Positions 54,361-61,785 of a stretch of 64,000 bases of DNA are shown here, piece by piece. The stretch covers positions 270,529 to 334,528 of the forward strand of contig WRPG01000001.1 in assembly GCA_009773355.1 (NCBI GenBank). The letters are read 5' to 3'. The position numbers and the translations under genes were made by a program. The stretch comes from Limisphaerales bacterium. GTDB lineage: Bacteria > Verrucomicrobiota > Verrucomicrobiia > Limisphaerales > SXTU01. Positions within the stretch are counted from its first letter, which is position 1. Each line of letters starts with the position of its first letter. The notes under the pieces are model-generated. The model ran no database searches. It saw only the letters and a list, made by a program, of their open reading frames with translations, and was not told the origin of the DNA.

Positions 54361-54918
54361 ATGGCAAACGTAACCGAAATCCGCAAAGGCATGGCCATCC
54401 GTCAAGGCGGCGACGTCGTCGTCGTGACCGAGGTCACCCATCGCACCCCGGGCAACCTCCGCGCCTTCGTCCAGGTCGGCATGCGCAGCCTCAAGACCGG
54501 CAAGACCTCCGAGCTGCGCTTCGCCTCCGGCGAGAAAATCGAGGTCGTCCCCATGATGACCACCAAGATGGAGTTCAGCTACAAGGACGGCCAGGACTTC
54601 GTCTTCACCAACCCGGAGACCTACGAGACGGTCACGCTCACGCCCGAGCTGGTCGGCGACTGCAAGAACTACCTCGTCGAGAACGGCGGCGTGACCATGG
54701 TCTTCGTCGAGGACAAGGCTGTCTCCGTCGAGCTGCCCTCCAGCGTCATCCTCACCGTGGCCGACGCCCCCGAGGGCGTGCGCGGCGACAGCGCCAACAA
54801 CATGCAGAAGCCCGCCACCCTCGAGACCGGCGTGGCCATCCAGGTGCCCCTCTTCATCAAGCCCGGCGAAAAGATCAAGGTGGACACCCGCACCGGCAAA
54901 TACATGGAGCGCGCCTGA
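54361..54918 (+). CDS. efp: Translation elongation factor P
   Basis: 185 aa. Loop THRTPGNLRAFVQV. C-terminal GVAIQVPLFIKPGEKIKVDTRTGKYMER. Confidence 0.95.
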   Translation: MANVTEIRKGMAIRQGGDVVVVTEVTHRTPGNLRAFVQVGMRSLKTGKTSELRFASGEKIEVVPMMTTKMEFSYKDGQDFVFTNPETYETVTLTPELVGDCKNYLVENGGVTMVFVEDKAVSVELPSSVILTVADAPEGVRGDSANNMQKPATLETGVAIQVPLFIKPGEKIKVDTRTGKYMERA

Positions 54919-54946
54919 GCGTCTTGCCCTGGCAGTCAGATTTGAG

Positions 54947-54976
54947 CGGCCCGCCCGTAGGCGGGCCGTTGCTTTT
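54947..54976 (+). terminator. Rho-independent terminator of efp
   Basis: CGGCCCGCC cgta GGCGGGCCG followed by TTGCTTTT. Confidence 0.8.
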
Positions 54977-55072
54977 CCACAAAGGAACCCTGACGGATCG
55001 CCGCTGACTTCGGCGCGCTGTGACGGGAAACTCCTTGCATTGCCCGGCTCGCAAAACAGAATCCGGCACCCG

Positions 55073-55969
55073 ATGAACGACGCGCTCACCGCCCTGAATG
55101 CCAATGTGGGCGCGCTGCTGCTGGTGCTGAACCTCGGGATTCTGCTGCTGGTGGCGGTCCTCACCTTTCAAACCTCCGCCATGCGCCGCGAGCGCCGTGC
55201 CCAGCTCGGCCAGCTCGCCGAGCAGTTTGGCCGCGCGCTCGCCAACCTCCAGAAGATCAACTCCAGCGTCATCGCCCAGACCAACGAGACCAAGGAGCGG
55301 CTCGGCACCCTGAAACCCGCGCTCGATCAGGCGGAGCAGCTCCTCCGCGAGGGGACCAGCTTCACCGGTGATTTCAAAGCGGTGCGCGGGGAGCTGCGCC
55401 AGTTGGGCGAACGGATCGAAGCCTTGAACCAGACCGCCGCCGCCGTCGCCACCGAGCAGTCCGCCGCGACGGGATCGCTGCGCGAACTCGACCAGCAGGT
55501 CGGCGCGTTGCGGCAGGCGGTGGCGGAGACCGCGCGCGTCCAGCCCGCCGCCGTCCCGCCCGAACTCCGCCAGCTTCAGGAGCATGTCGGCGCGCTCCGC
55601 CAGGCCGTCACCTCCGCCGCGCAGGCCCAGACCGCGGGCACGACCGAGCTGCGCTCCGACCTCAGCGCGCTGGCCGCCGAGCAATCCCGCGCCACGCAGT
55701 CCCTGCGCGACTCGCTCGCCGCCGAGCTGCGCCAGCAGGAAGCGCGGTTCCGCCAGTTGTCCGAAAAATTCCTCGCCGAGTCCGCGCAGCTCCGCACGCG
55801 GATTGAGAGCGAAAGCCGCGCGCTCCCGCCGCCGGTGCGGCAGACCGCGCCCGTCAACGATGTCCCGGCCAAGGCCGAACTCGACGCCGAGACCCGCAAG
55901 GAGTTCCGCAAGATCGCCGAGCGCCTCGACGGCCTCCAGCGCCGGATGGAGGAGATCATCAAGCTGTGA
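55073..55969 (+). CDS. Hypothetical membrane-anchored coiled-coil protein with internal LRQ..VGALRQAV repeats
   Basis: N-terminal TM (VGALLLVLNLGILLLVAVLTF). Repeated segments LRELDQQVGALRQAVAETA and LRQLQEHVGALRQAVTSAA. Confidence 0.6.
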   Translation: MNDALTALNANVGALLLVLNLGILLLVAVLTFQTSAMRRERRAQLGQLAEQFGRALANLQKINSSVIAQTNETKERLGTLKPALDQAEQLLREGTSFTGDFKAVRGELRQLGERIEALNQTAAAVATEQSAATGSLRELDQQVGALRQAVAETARVQPAAVPPELRQLQEHVGALRQAVTSAAQAQTAGTTELRSDLSALAAEQSRATQSLRDSLAAELRQQEARFRQLSEKFLAESAQLRTRIESESRALPPPVRQTAPVNDVPAKAELDAETRKEFRKIAERLDGLQRRMEEIIKL

Positions 55970-56072
55970 GCTTGCGCTGCTCGTTCGCGGTATGGTGAGG
56001 CCTCCGTCGGCGCTCCCTTGAATTTGCCCGAAACCTTTGCGGCCGACCCTCGTCCAGAATGGAGTTCAACCT

Positions 56073-57398
56073 ATGAAAACCCTTCGCCTCCTCCTGCCGC
56101 TCGTCGCGAGCGGACTGCTCTCCACCGCGTTCGCCGAGGCCGTCAAGGACCGCGAGGGCGCGGTCCGCAAGGACAAGGCCGAGATGCAGAACGACAGCCG
56201 CTGGATTTACAACGACTGGCAAAAGGGCTTCACCGAGGCCAAACGCACCGGCAAGCCGCTGCTCGTCGTGCTGCGCTGCGTGCCCTGCAAGGGCTGCATG
56301 GGGCTTGATGCCAGCGTGCTGACCGCGCCGGACCTCGTCCCGCTGCTCGACCAGTTTGTCTGTGTGCGGCTCATCAACGCCAACGCCATCGAACTCGCGA
56401 AATTCCAGTTCGACTACGACCTCTCCTTCTCCACGCTCTTCTTCAACGCGGACGGCACCGTGTATGGACGCTACGGCTCGTGGTCGCACCAGAAAGACCC
56501 CGAGGAGAAAACCACCCTGGGCTACAAACGCTCGCTGGAGGCCGCGCTCGCTGTCCACACCGCCTACCCGGTGAACCGGGCCGTGCTCGCCGGCAAGCAG
56601 GGCGGCCCCACGCCGTTCGCCACGCCCATCGAAATCCCCCTGCTCGTCGGCAAATACAAGCGCGACCTCGACTGGGAGGGCAAGGTGGTCGGCAGTTGCG
56701 TCCACTGCCACCAGATTGGCGACGCCTACCGCTCCTTCTACCGTGACCAGGGCAAGCCGCTGCCCAACGACCTCATTTATCCGATGCCCATGCCCGAGAC
56801 CGTCGGCGTCACGCTGGAGCCGGATCACGTCGCAAAAGTGAAATCTGTCGCGCCCGGCAGCCTCGCGGCGAAGGCGGGCGTGCAGGCCGGCGACGAGTTC
56901 AACACGCTCGGCGGCCAGTTGCTCCTGTCCATCGCGGATTTTGCGTGGGCCTTGCACCGCGCGCCCGAGTCCGGCTCGTTGCCCGCCACCCTGAAGCGCG
57001 GCAAGTCGCAAGCCGCGTTGACCTTCGCGCTCCCCGCCGGCTGGCGCACCCAGTCCGACATTTCCCGCCGCGTCGGCACCTGGCCGATGCGCGCGATGGC
57101 CTTCGGCGGCATGGTGCTGACCGACCTGCCCGACGAAGAGCGCCTCACGCGCGGGCTGGCGAAGGACAAGCTCGGGCTGTTCGTGAAGGGCCTCGGCCAA
57201 TACGGCAAGCACGCCGCCGCCAAGAACGCCGGCTTCCGCAAGGACGACGTGCTCGTGGAGCTGGACGGCAAGTCCGCGCGCATCACGGAAGGCGAGTTGC
57301 TCGGCCAGCTCCTCCAGCAGACCAGGCCAGGGCAGAAGCTCAAGGCCACCGTCCTGCGTGGCGGCCAGCGCGTGGAGCTGATGCTGCCGATGCAGTGA
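56073..57398 (+). CDS. Secreted thioredoxin-like domain + PDZ domain protein
   Basis: Signal peptide MKTLRLLLPLVASGLLSTAFA. KPLLVVLRCVPCKGC (CxxC-type motif). PDZ-like segments (VAPGSLAAKAGVQAGDEF; AAKNAGFRKDDVLVELDG). Confidence 0.75.
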   Translation: MKTLRLLLPLVASGLLSTAFAEAVKDREGAVRKDKAEMQNDSRWIYNDWQKGFTEAKRTGKPLLVVLRCVPCKGCMGLDASVLTAPDLVPLLDQFVCVRLINANAIELAKFQFDYDLSFSTLFFNADGTVYGRYGSWSHQKDPEEKTTLGYKRSLEAALAVHTAYPVNRAVLAGKQGGPTPFATPIEIPLLVGKYKRDLDWEGKVVGSCVHCHQIGDAYRSFYRDQGKPLPNDLIYPMPMPETVGVTLEPDHVAKVKSVAPGSLAAKAGVQAGDEFNTLGGQLLLSIADFAWALHRAPESGSLPATLKRGKSQAALTFALPAGWRTQSDISRRVGTWPMRAMAFGGMVLTDLPDEERLTRGLAKDKLGLFVKGLGQYGKHAAAKNAGFRKDDVLVELDGKSARITEGELLGQLLQQTRPGQKLKATVLRGGQRVELMLPMQ

Positions 57399-57546
57399 GG
57401 CGCGCGACGTTCACGTCGCTTCAACGCCCAAACGCCCAGGAAGCTGTGAACCTCCAGGCGTTGTGAGCGTCAATCTCGGACAGCGACCGCGAAGATCGGC
57501 TTTCCGTTTTCGCATGTTTGGCGTCTTTCGCGGGCTCGGCTCCGCC

Positions 57547-58149
57547 TCAATCCGGCCGCCTCAGCTCGAAACGATCTCCCGTGCGGCAATACCAATTCGG
57601 ACTGGCCATGCGCCCGATGGTCTGCAGCCGCTCCGTTCGGATGCGTTGCGTGGCCGGGTCGAACAACTCGTCGCGGACATGGATGCGCTTGATGAGGCCG
57701 ATGATCAGCCGGTTGTCGCCAATTTGCAGTGTGCCCCACTCGGCGCATTCGAGGCTGGCTGGTGACTCGGCAATGCGCGGCGGACGCACGACCGACGACG
57801 GCAAGGTTGTCAGCCCCGCGCCCGCCAGTTCGCTCACGCCGTAGGGCAGCGAGGCGGCCGTGCGGTTCATGGCCTCGGCAGTTGCCTCGTCCACGAGGTT
57901 CACCACGAACTCGTGCATCTGCCGGATGTTGCGCGCGGTGTCCTTGGGCGTGCCGTCGTCACGGTCGCCGGGGCAGAAGCCGAGGATGGGCGGATGCGCG
58001 CCGAGCAGGTTGAAGAAGCTGAACGGCGCGAGGTTCACCGCGCCATCCGGCCCGAGCGTCGTCACCCACGCGATGGGCCGCGGCGTGACGAGCGAAGCCA
58101 GCAGCGGGTAGGCGCGCTCGGCGTGCTGGCCTTCGAGGTCGAGTTCCAT
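57547..58149 (-). CDS. Flavin reductase family protein (FMN-binding split barrel)
   Basis: LLASLVTPRPIAWVTTLGPDGAVNLAPFSFFN. Confidence 0.85.
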   Translation of the reverse strand: MELDLEGQHAERAYPLLASLVTPRPIAWVTTLGPDGAVNLAPFSFFNLLGAHPPILGFCPGDRDDGTPKDTARNIRQMHEFVVNLVDEATAEAMNRTAASLPYGVSELAGAGLTTLPSSVVRPPRIAESPASLECAEWGTLQIGDNRLIIGLIKRIHVRDELFDPATQRIRTERLQTIGRMASPNWYCRTGDRFELRRPD

Positions 58150-58161
58150 GGCTGTGAAGCT

Positions 58162-58647
58162 TCAGTGCGGCGGCGGGAGAATCTCGATGCCGTAGCTGGG
58201 CGCGACGGCGAGGAGCTTCTGGATGTCCGCCGGCGTCACCGGCGTGGGCGGGGAATCGAAGGACGGCACCGGCGTGGCGAAGGCAGCGAGGAAGTCCTCG
58301 AAGCCCGATGGGGACACATGAATCAACATCCGCGCTGGCGTAGCGCTCTCGTTCTTGAAGGCGTGTGGAATGCCGCGCGGGCCTTGGATGAACGAGCCTG
58401 CCTTGGCCACCACCTTTTCCCCCGCGAGCTGGAAGGTGATTTCGCCCTCCAGCACGAAGAACGCCTCGTCCTCGCGATGGTGGATGTGCGGCGGCGGCCC
58501 GCCGCCCGGCAGCACGCGTGCCTCGCACAAGGTGTAAGCCCCGCCCGTCTGCTCGCCCGTGGCTAGGATTCGGTAAACATCCCCGACGGCGGAGTAGGCC
58601 GGGCCTTCGCCAGGCGCAACGCGGATGACTTGGGCGGCGGTGCTCAT
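58162..58647 (-). CDS. Cupin domain protein
   Basis: GGGPPPHIHHREDEAFFVLEGEITF..GSFIQGPRGIPHAF. ATG at 58647, 5 nt after the thrS stop. Confidence 0.8.
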   Translation of the reverse strand: MSTAAQVIRVAPGEGPAYSAVGDVYRILATGEQTGGAYTLCEARVLPGGGPPPHIHHREDEAFFVLEGEITFQLAGEKVVAKAGSFIQGPRGIPHAFKNESATPARMLIHVSPSGFEDFLAAFATPVPSFDSPPTPVTPADIQKLLAVAPSYGIEILPPPH

Positions 58648-58651
58648 GGGT

Positions 58652-60748
58652 TCATGCCCGCCGCTCTTTGATGCTCTGCACAATCTCCGCCACCACCTGC
58701 GCGGTGGGCTTCGCGCCTTGGGGGCCGCCGGTGTGGAGGCGCACGGAGACGTTGCCGGCTTCGAGGTCGCGCGGGCCGAGGACGAGCATGGTGTGGACGC
58801 GCGCGTGCTCGGCGTTGGCGATCTTCGCCTTGATGGGTTCGTTGGTGAAGTCGCCGGTCACGCGGACGAAGTTCTGGCGCAGCTCATGCACCAGCGCCTT
58901 GCCGGCGGCGAGGAGCGGGGCGTCGTCGCCGAGGGTGATGACGCGCACCTGGTCGGGCGCGAGCCAGAGCGGGAAGTTCCCGGCGTAGTGCTCGATGAGG
59001 AAGCCGATGAAGCGCTCGTGCGTGCCCAGCGGCGCGCGGTGGATGCACAGCGGCGTTTTGTCCGTGTTGTCGCGGTCGCGGTAGGTGAGGCCGAACTTGG
59101 CGGGCACGGCGAAGTCCACCTGGTTCGTCGCGATGGTGAACTCGCGGCCGATGGCGCTCCACACCTGCACGTCAATCTTCGGGCCGTAGAAGGCGGCTTC
59201 GTTCGGCACTTCCACGAAGTTGATGCCGCTCTCGACCAACACGCGGCGGACCATGTCCTCGGTCTGCTTCCACAGCTCGGGTTCGTTGACGTATTTCTTG
59301 CCCAGCCCTTCCGGCGACGAGGTGCTGAAGCGCATCTGGTATTTGCCCAGGCCGAAGATCTGGAAGTATTTGAGATACATCTCGTTCACGGCGCGGAACT
59401 CGTCGGCGAACTGCTCGGGGGTGCAGTAGATGTGCGCGTCGTTCATGTTCATCGAGCGCACGCGCATGAGGCCGAAGAGTTCGCCGGACTGCTCGTAGCG
59501 GTAGCAGGTGCCGTATTCGGCGAGCCGGAGCGGGAGGTCGCGGTAACTGCGCGGTTCCGCCGCGAAGATGCGGTGGTGGTGCGGGCAGTTCATGGCTTTG
59601 AGGTAGTAGCGGTCGGGTTGGGGGAAATGTGCCGAGAAAAGCGACAGACTTAATCTGTCGTAGACGAATGTTTCGACCGACTTCTGTGTTTCCGGGGAAG
59701 CGCTCTTCACCACCCGTTGAAGCGCATCGCCCCAACTCTTCTCCTCGCCCACCGGTGGTGATTTGAGGTCAATCAACCCCTCCAGAACTTCTCTGATTAA
59801 CCGGTCATCTTCAGCCGCACCTTGCTTGAACTTCTGGACTTTCACGCCGAACTCCCCCTCGCCTTGTAGCTCCATTGGCGGAAACATGCTCTCCGCGTAG
59901 TAAGGCAGATGCCCGGAGGTTTTATACATCTTCTCCCGCGCCAGATGCGGCGTCTTCACGCGCACGTAGCCAGCCTGAAACTCCGTTTCCTTCGCCAGCT
60001 TCTCCAGCTCCTCGAGGATGGCCCCGCCCTTGGGCAGCCACAGCGGCAGGCCCGGCCCGGTGAAGTCCGCGTCGAACGCGAAGAGGTTCATCTCCGCGCC
60101 AATCTTGCGGTGGTCGCGGCGCTTGGCCTCCTCCTGAAGCTTGAGCCACTCCTCGAGCGCGGTCTTGTTCTTGAAGGCCGTGCCGTAGATGCGCTGGAGC
60201 TGCGGGCCTTTCTCGTCGCCCTTGTAGTAGGCGGCGGCCACGGTGGTGAGCTTGAACGCGCCGATGTTGCCCGTGCGCATGACGTGCGGCCCGGCGCAGA
60301 GGTCAATGAAGTCGCCGTTCTTGTAGTAGGAGATCGGCTCGCCCTCGGGGATGTTCTTGAGCAGGTCCAGCTTGAACTTGCTGGCGTTGCCGGGCCGCTC
60401 GGCGAGGCCGCCGAGGCGTCCGCTCTGCGCGTCGGCGATGGCCTGCTCGCGCGTGACGGTGAGCTTCTCGAAGACGTTGTTGGCCTTGATCTCCTTCTTC
60501 ATCTCCTCCTCGAGCTTGGCGAAGTCCTCGGGGGAGATGCGGTGGGAGCATTCGAGGTCGTAGTAGAAGCCGTTCTCGACCGGCGGCCCGTAGGCGAACT
60601 GGGCGTCCGGCCACAGGCGCAGGATGGCGGTGGCCAGGACGTGCGCGCACGAGTGCCGGATGCGCTCCAGCTCGGTCATCTTGGCGCGGTCGTCGAGCGT
60701 CTTGCGCTCGGGGTTCGGGGCGGGGGGCGGCTGGATTTCGTCAGGCAT
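58652..60748 (-). CDS. thrS: Threonine--tRNA ligase lacking the N-terminal TGS domain and carrying a ~85-aa insertion before motif NCPHH
   Basis: Editing-domain HxxxH (RHSCAHVLA). Class II core (YLKAMNCPHHHRIF, LRLAEYGTCYRYEQSGEL, MRVRSMNMNDAHIY). ATG at 60748; the track start at 60829 only translates a repeat. Confidence 0.95.
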   Translation of the reverse strand: MPDEIQPPPAPNPERKTLDDRAKMTELERIRHSCAHVLATAILRLWPDAQFAYGPPVENGFYYDLECSHRISPEDFAKLEEEMKKEIKANNVFEKLTVTREQAIADAQSGRLGGLAERPGNASKFKLDLLKNIPEGEPISYYKNGDFIDLCAGPHVMRTGNIGAFKLTTVAAAYYKGDEKGPQLQRIYGTAFKNKTALEEWLKLQEEAKRRDHRKIGAEMNLFAFDADFTGPGLPLWLPKGGAILEELEKLAKETEFQAGYVRVKTPHLAREKMYKTSGHLPYYAESMFPPMELQGEGEFGVKVQKFKQGAAEDDRLIREVLEGLIDLKSPPVGEEKSWGDALQRVVKSASPETQKSVETFVYDRLSLSLFSAHFPQPDRYYLKAMNCPHHHRIFAAEPRSYRDLPLRLAEYGTCYRYEQSGELFGLMRVRSMNMNDAHIYCTPEQFADEFRAVNEMYLKYFQIFGLGKYQMRFSTSSPEGLGKKYVNEPELWKQTEDMVRRVLVESGINFVEVPNEAAFYGPKIDVQVWSAIGREFTIATNQVDFAVPAKFGLTYRDRDNTDKTPLCIHRAPLGTHERFIGFLIEHYAGNFPLWLAPDQVRVITLGDDAPLLAAGKALVHELRQNFVRVTGDFTNEPIKAKIANAEHARVHTMLVLGPRDLEAGNVSVRLHTGGPQGAKPTAQVVAEIVQSIKERRA

Positions 60749-60764
60749 AAGTTCAAAGACTTTT

Positions 60765-60857
60765 AACCACGGATGGACACGGATGGACACGGATAAGGCG
60801 TTGGGAAAGCGCGTTCGCGCTCTGTTCATCCGTGTTCATCTGTGTCCATCCGTGGTT
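60765..60857. repeat. ~93-nt hairpin with arms of GGATGGACAC decamer units, 17 nt upstream of the thrS ATG
   Basis: Left arm AACCACGGATGGACACGGATGGACACGGATAAG. Right arm CTGTTCATCCGTGTTCATCTGTGTCCATCCGTGGTT (about 30 of 33 positions complementary). Apical palindrome AGCGCGTTCGCGCT. Confidence 0.9.
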
Positions 60858-60873
60858 GATCATTTTGTGTCGG

Positions 60874-60909
60874 CAAACAAAAACGCCTCGACCAAACAGT
60901 GCGAGGCGT
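60874..60909 (-). terminator. Orphan intrinsic terminator on the thrS strand, in the thrS/rrf2 divergent spacer
   Basis: The minus strand reads ACGCCTCG cactgtttggt CGAGGCGT followed by TTTTGTTTG. I can call no minus-strand gene upstream of it. Confidence 0.55.
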
Positions 60910-61044
60910 CGGCGTCCACGGGCTGTCGTGGACGCTAAATCGTAGTCGTGGTGTTCCGGCGGAACATGGGCGGGACGGTAGGAAAGGCGGGCGGGTTTGG
61001 CAATGGGGGATTCCGCCTCAGTTCCTGATCCTAATCGTAATCCT

Positions 61045-61095
61045 GCTCTTAATCCGAATCGAGACGCGGGGAGGAGTAAGATTACGATTAAGAGC
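61045..61095. repeat. Hairpin of AT-richer TAATCG/GATTA-type units upstream of rrf2
   Basis: GCTCTTAATCCGAATC (19-nt loop) GATTACGATTAAGAGC, with 14 of 16 positions complementary. Confidence 0.75.
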
Positions 61096-61159
61096 AAGAG
61101 TAAGAAGGGAAGGACGCCACTTGGCTTGCCCCCCTCCCCTGCCCTGTTACGCTGCGCGC

Positions 61160-61579
61160 GTGAAGCTGTCGGTCAAAAGCGATTATGCGATGCGCGCCGT
61201 GCTGGAACTGGCGCGGGCGCACCCGTCCGGCGGCGTGCAGCGCGTCGAGGACATCGCGGCCCGGCACGGCGTCCCGGCGAACTACCTCGTGCAAATCCTC
61301 CTCGAACTGAAAACGCGCGGGCTGGTGCGCAGCGTGCGCGGCAAGGAGGGCGGCTACCGCCTCGCCAAGCCCCCGGCGGAAATCACCTTCGGCGACGTGC
61401 TGCGGGCGGTGAATGGCGCGGTCTTCGACACGCCGGCGCTGGCGAACGGCCAGTGCCCTCCAGAGTTGCATCGCGCGTGGAGCCGGCTTAAAACTGCCGC
61501 CGAGAGCGCCGCCGACGCGGTTAATTTCCAGCAACTGGTCGAGGAAGGCGCGGAGAAGGAGCGGATGTTTTACATCTGA
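61160..61579 (+). CDS. Rrf2 family transcriptional regulator (no 3-Cys Fe-S ligand set seen)
   Basis: VKLSVKSDYAMRAVLELA..VQRVEDIAARHGVPANYLVQILLELKTRGLVRSVRGKEGGYRLA. GTG start at 61160. Confidence 0.85.
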   Translation: MKLSVKSDYAMRAVLELARAHPSGGVQRVEDIAARHGVPANYLVQILLELKTRGLVRSVRGKEGGYRLAKPPAEITFGDVLRAVNGAVFDTPALANGQCPPELHRAWSRLKTAAESAADAVNFQQLVEEGAEKERMFYI

Positions 61580-61662
61580 CCGCGAGTTCCCGTGCCGGCG
61601 GCGCTTCGGTCGTGATGTTCAACGCTGATTTCAAATGACAACCGCGAATGCGCAAGCCGTGC

Positions 61663-61681
61663 CGGCGATTTGCAATCGCCG
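61663..61681. promoter_or_regulatory. 19-bp palindrome CGGCGATTTGCAATCGCCG (candidate operator or hairpin)
   Basis: Read directly. A related palindrome lies 69 nt downstream. Confidence 0.35.
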
Positions 61682-61731
61682 CCTGGCGCTTTCGAACGCA
61701 GGCATCGGGTCCGACCAACGAACGCCACGGA

Positions 61732-61750
61732 CGGCGGTTGCAAACCGCCG
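61732..61750. promoter_or_regulatory. 19-bp palindrome CGGCGGTTGCAAACCGCCG (candidate operator or hairpin)
   Basis: Read directly, 36 nt upstream of the ATG at 61786. Confidence 0.35.
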
Positions 61751-61785
61751 GCACAGGCTGACTCGCTCGCCTTAAGTTTCCGCCC

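Noticed and set aside
60749-60829. N-terminal extensions of track ORFs (thrS 60749-60829, terC 48945-49001, apbE 10488-10553, mobA 37464-37586)
   Set aside because: The extra residues (for example IRVHPWLKVFEL, LGHSLDIGNRSSDIP, HHSITPSP, RRSAVSGQ) are direct translations of the repeat elements. Conserved protein cores start at downstream ATG or GTG codons.
60961-61000. RNase P-like GGAAAGGCGGGC string and the general possibility of a structured RNA gene in the 410-nt thrS-rrf2 spacer
   Set aside because: It only partially resembles the P4 GAGGAAAGUCCGGGC core. The rest of the spacer is accounted for by repeat hairpins. I saw no tRNA T-loop (GGTTCGAATCC), SRP or tmRNA signatures.
60749-61159. 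T-box riboswitch upstream of thrS
   Set aside because: I found no AGGGUGGNACCGCG-like T-box core and no recognisable Stem I with a specifier, on the thrS strand. The orphan terminator is retained as a separate finding.
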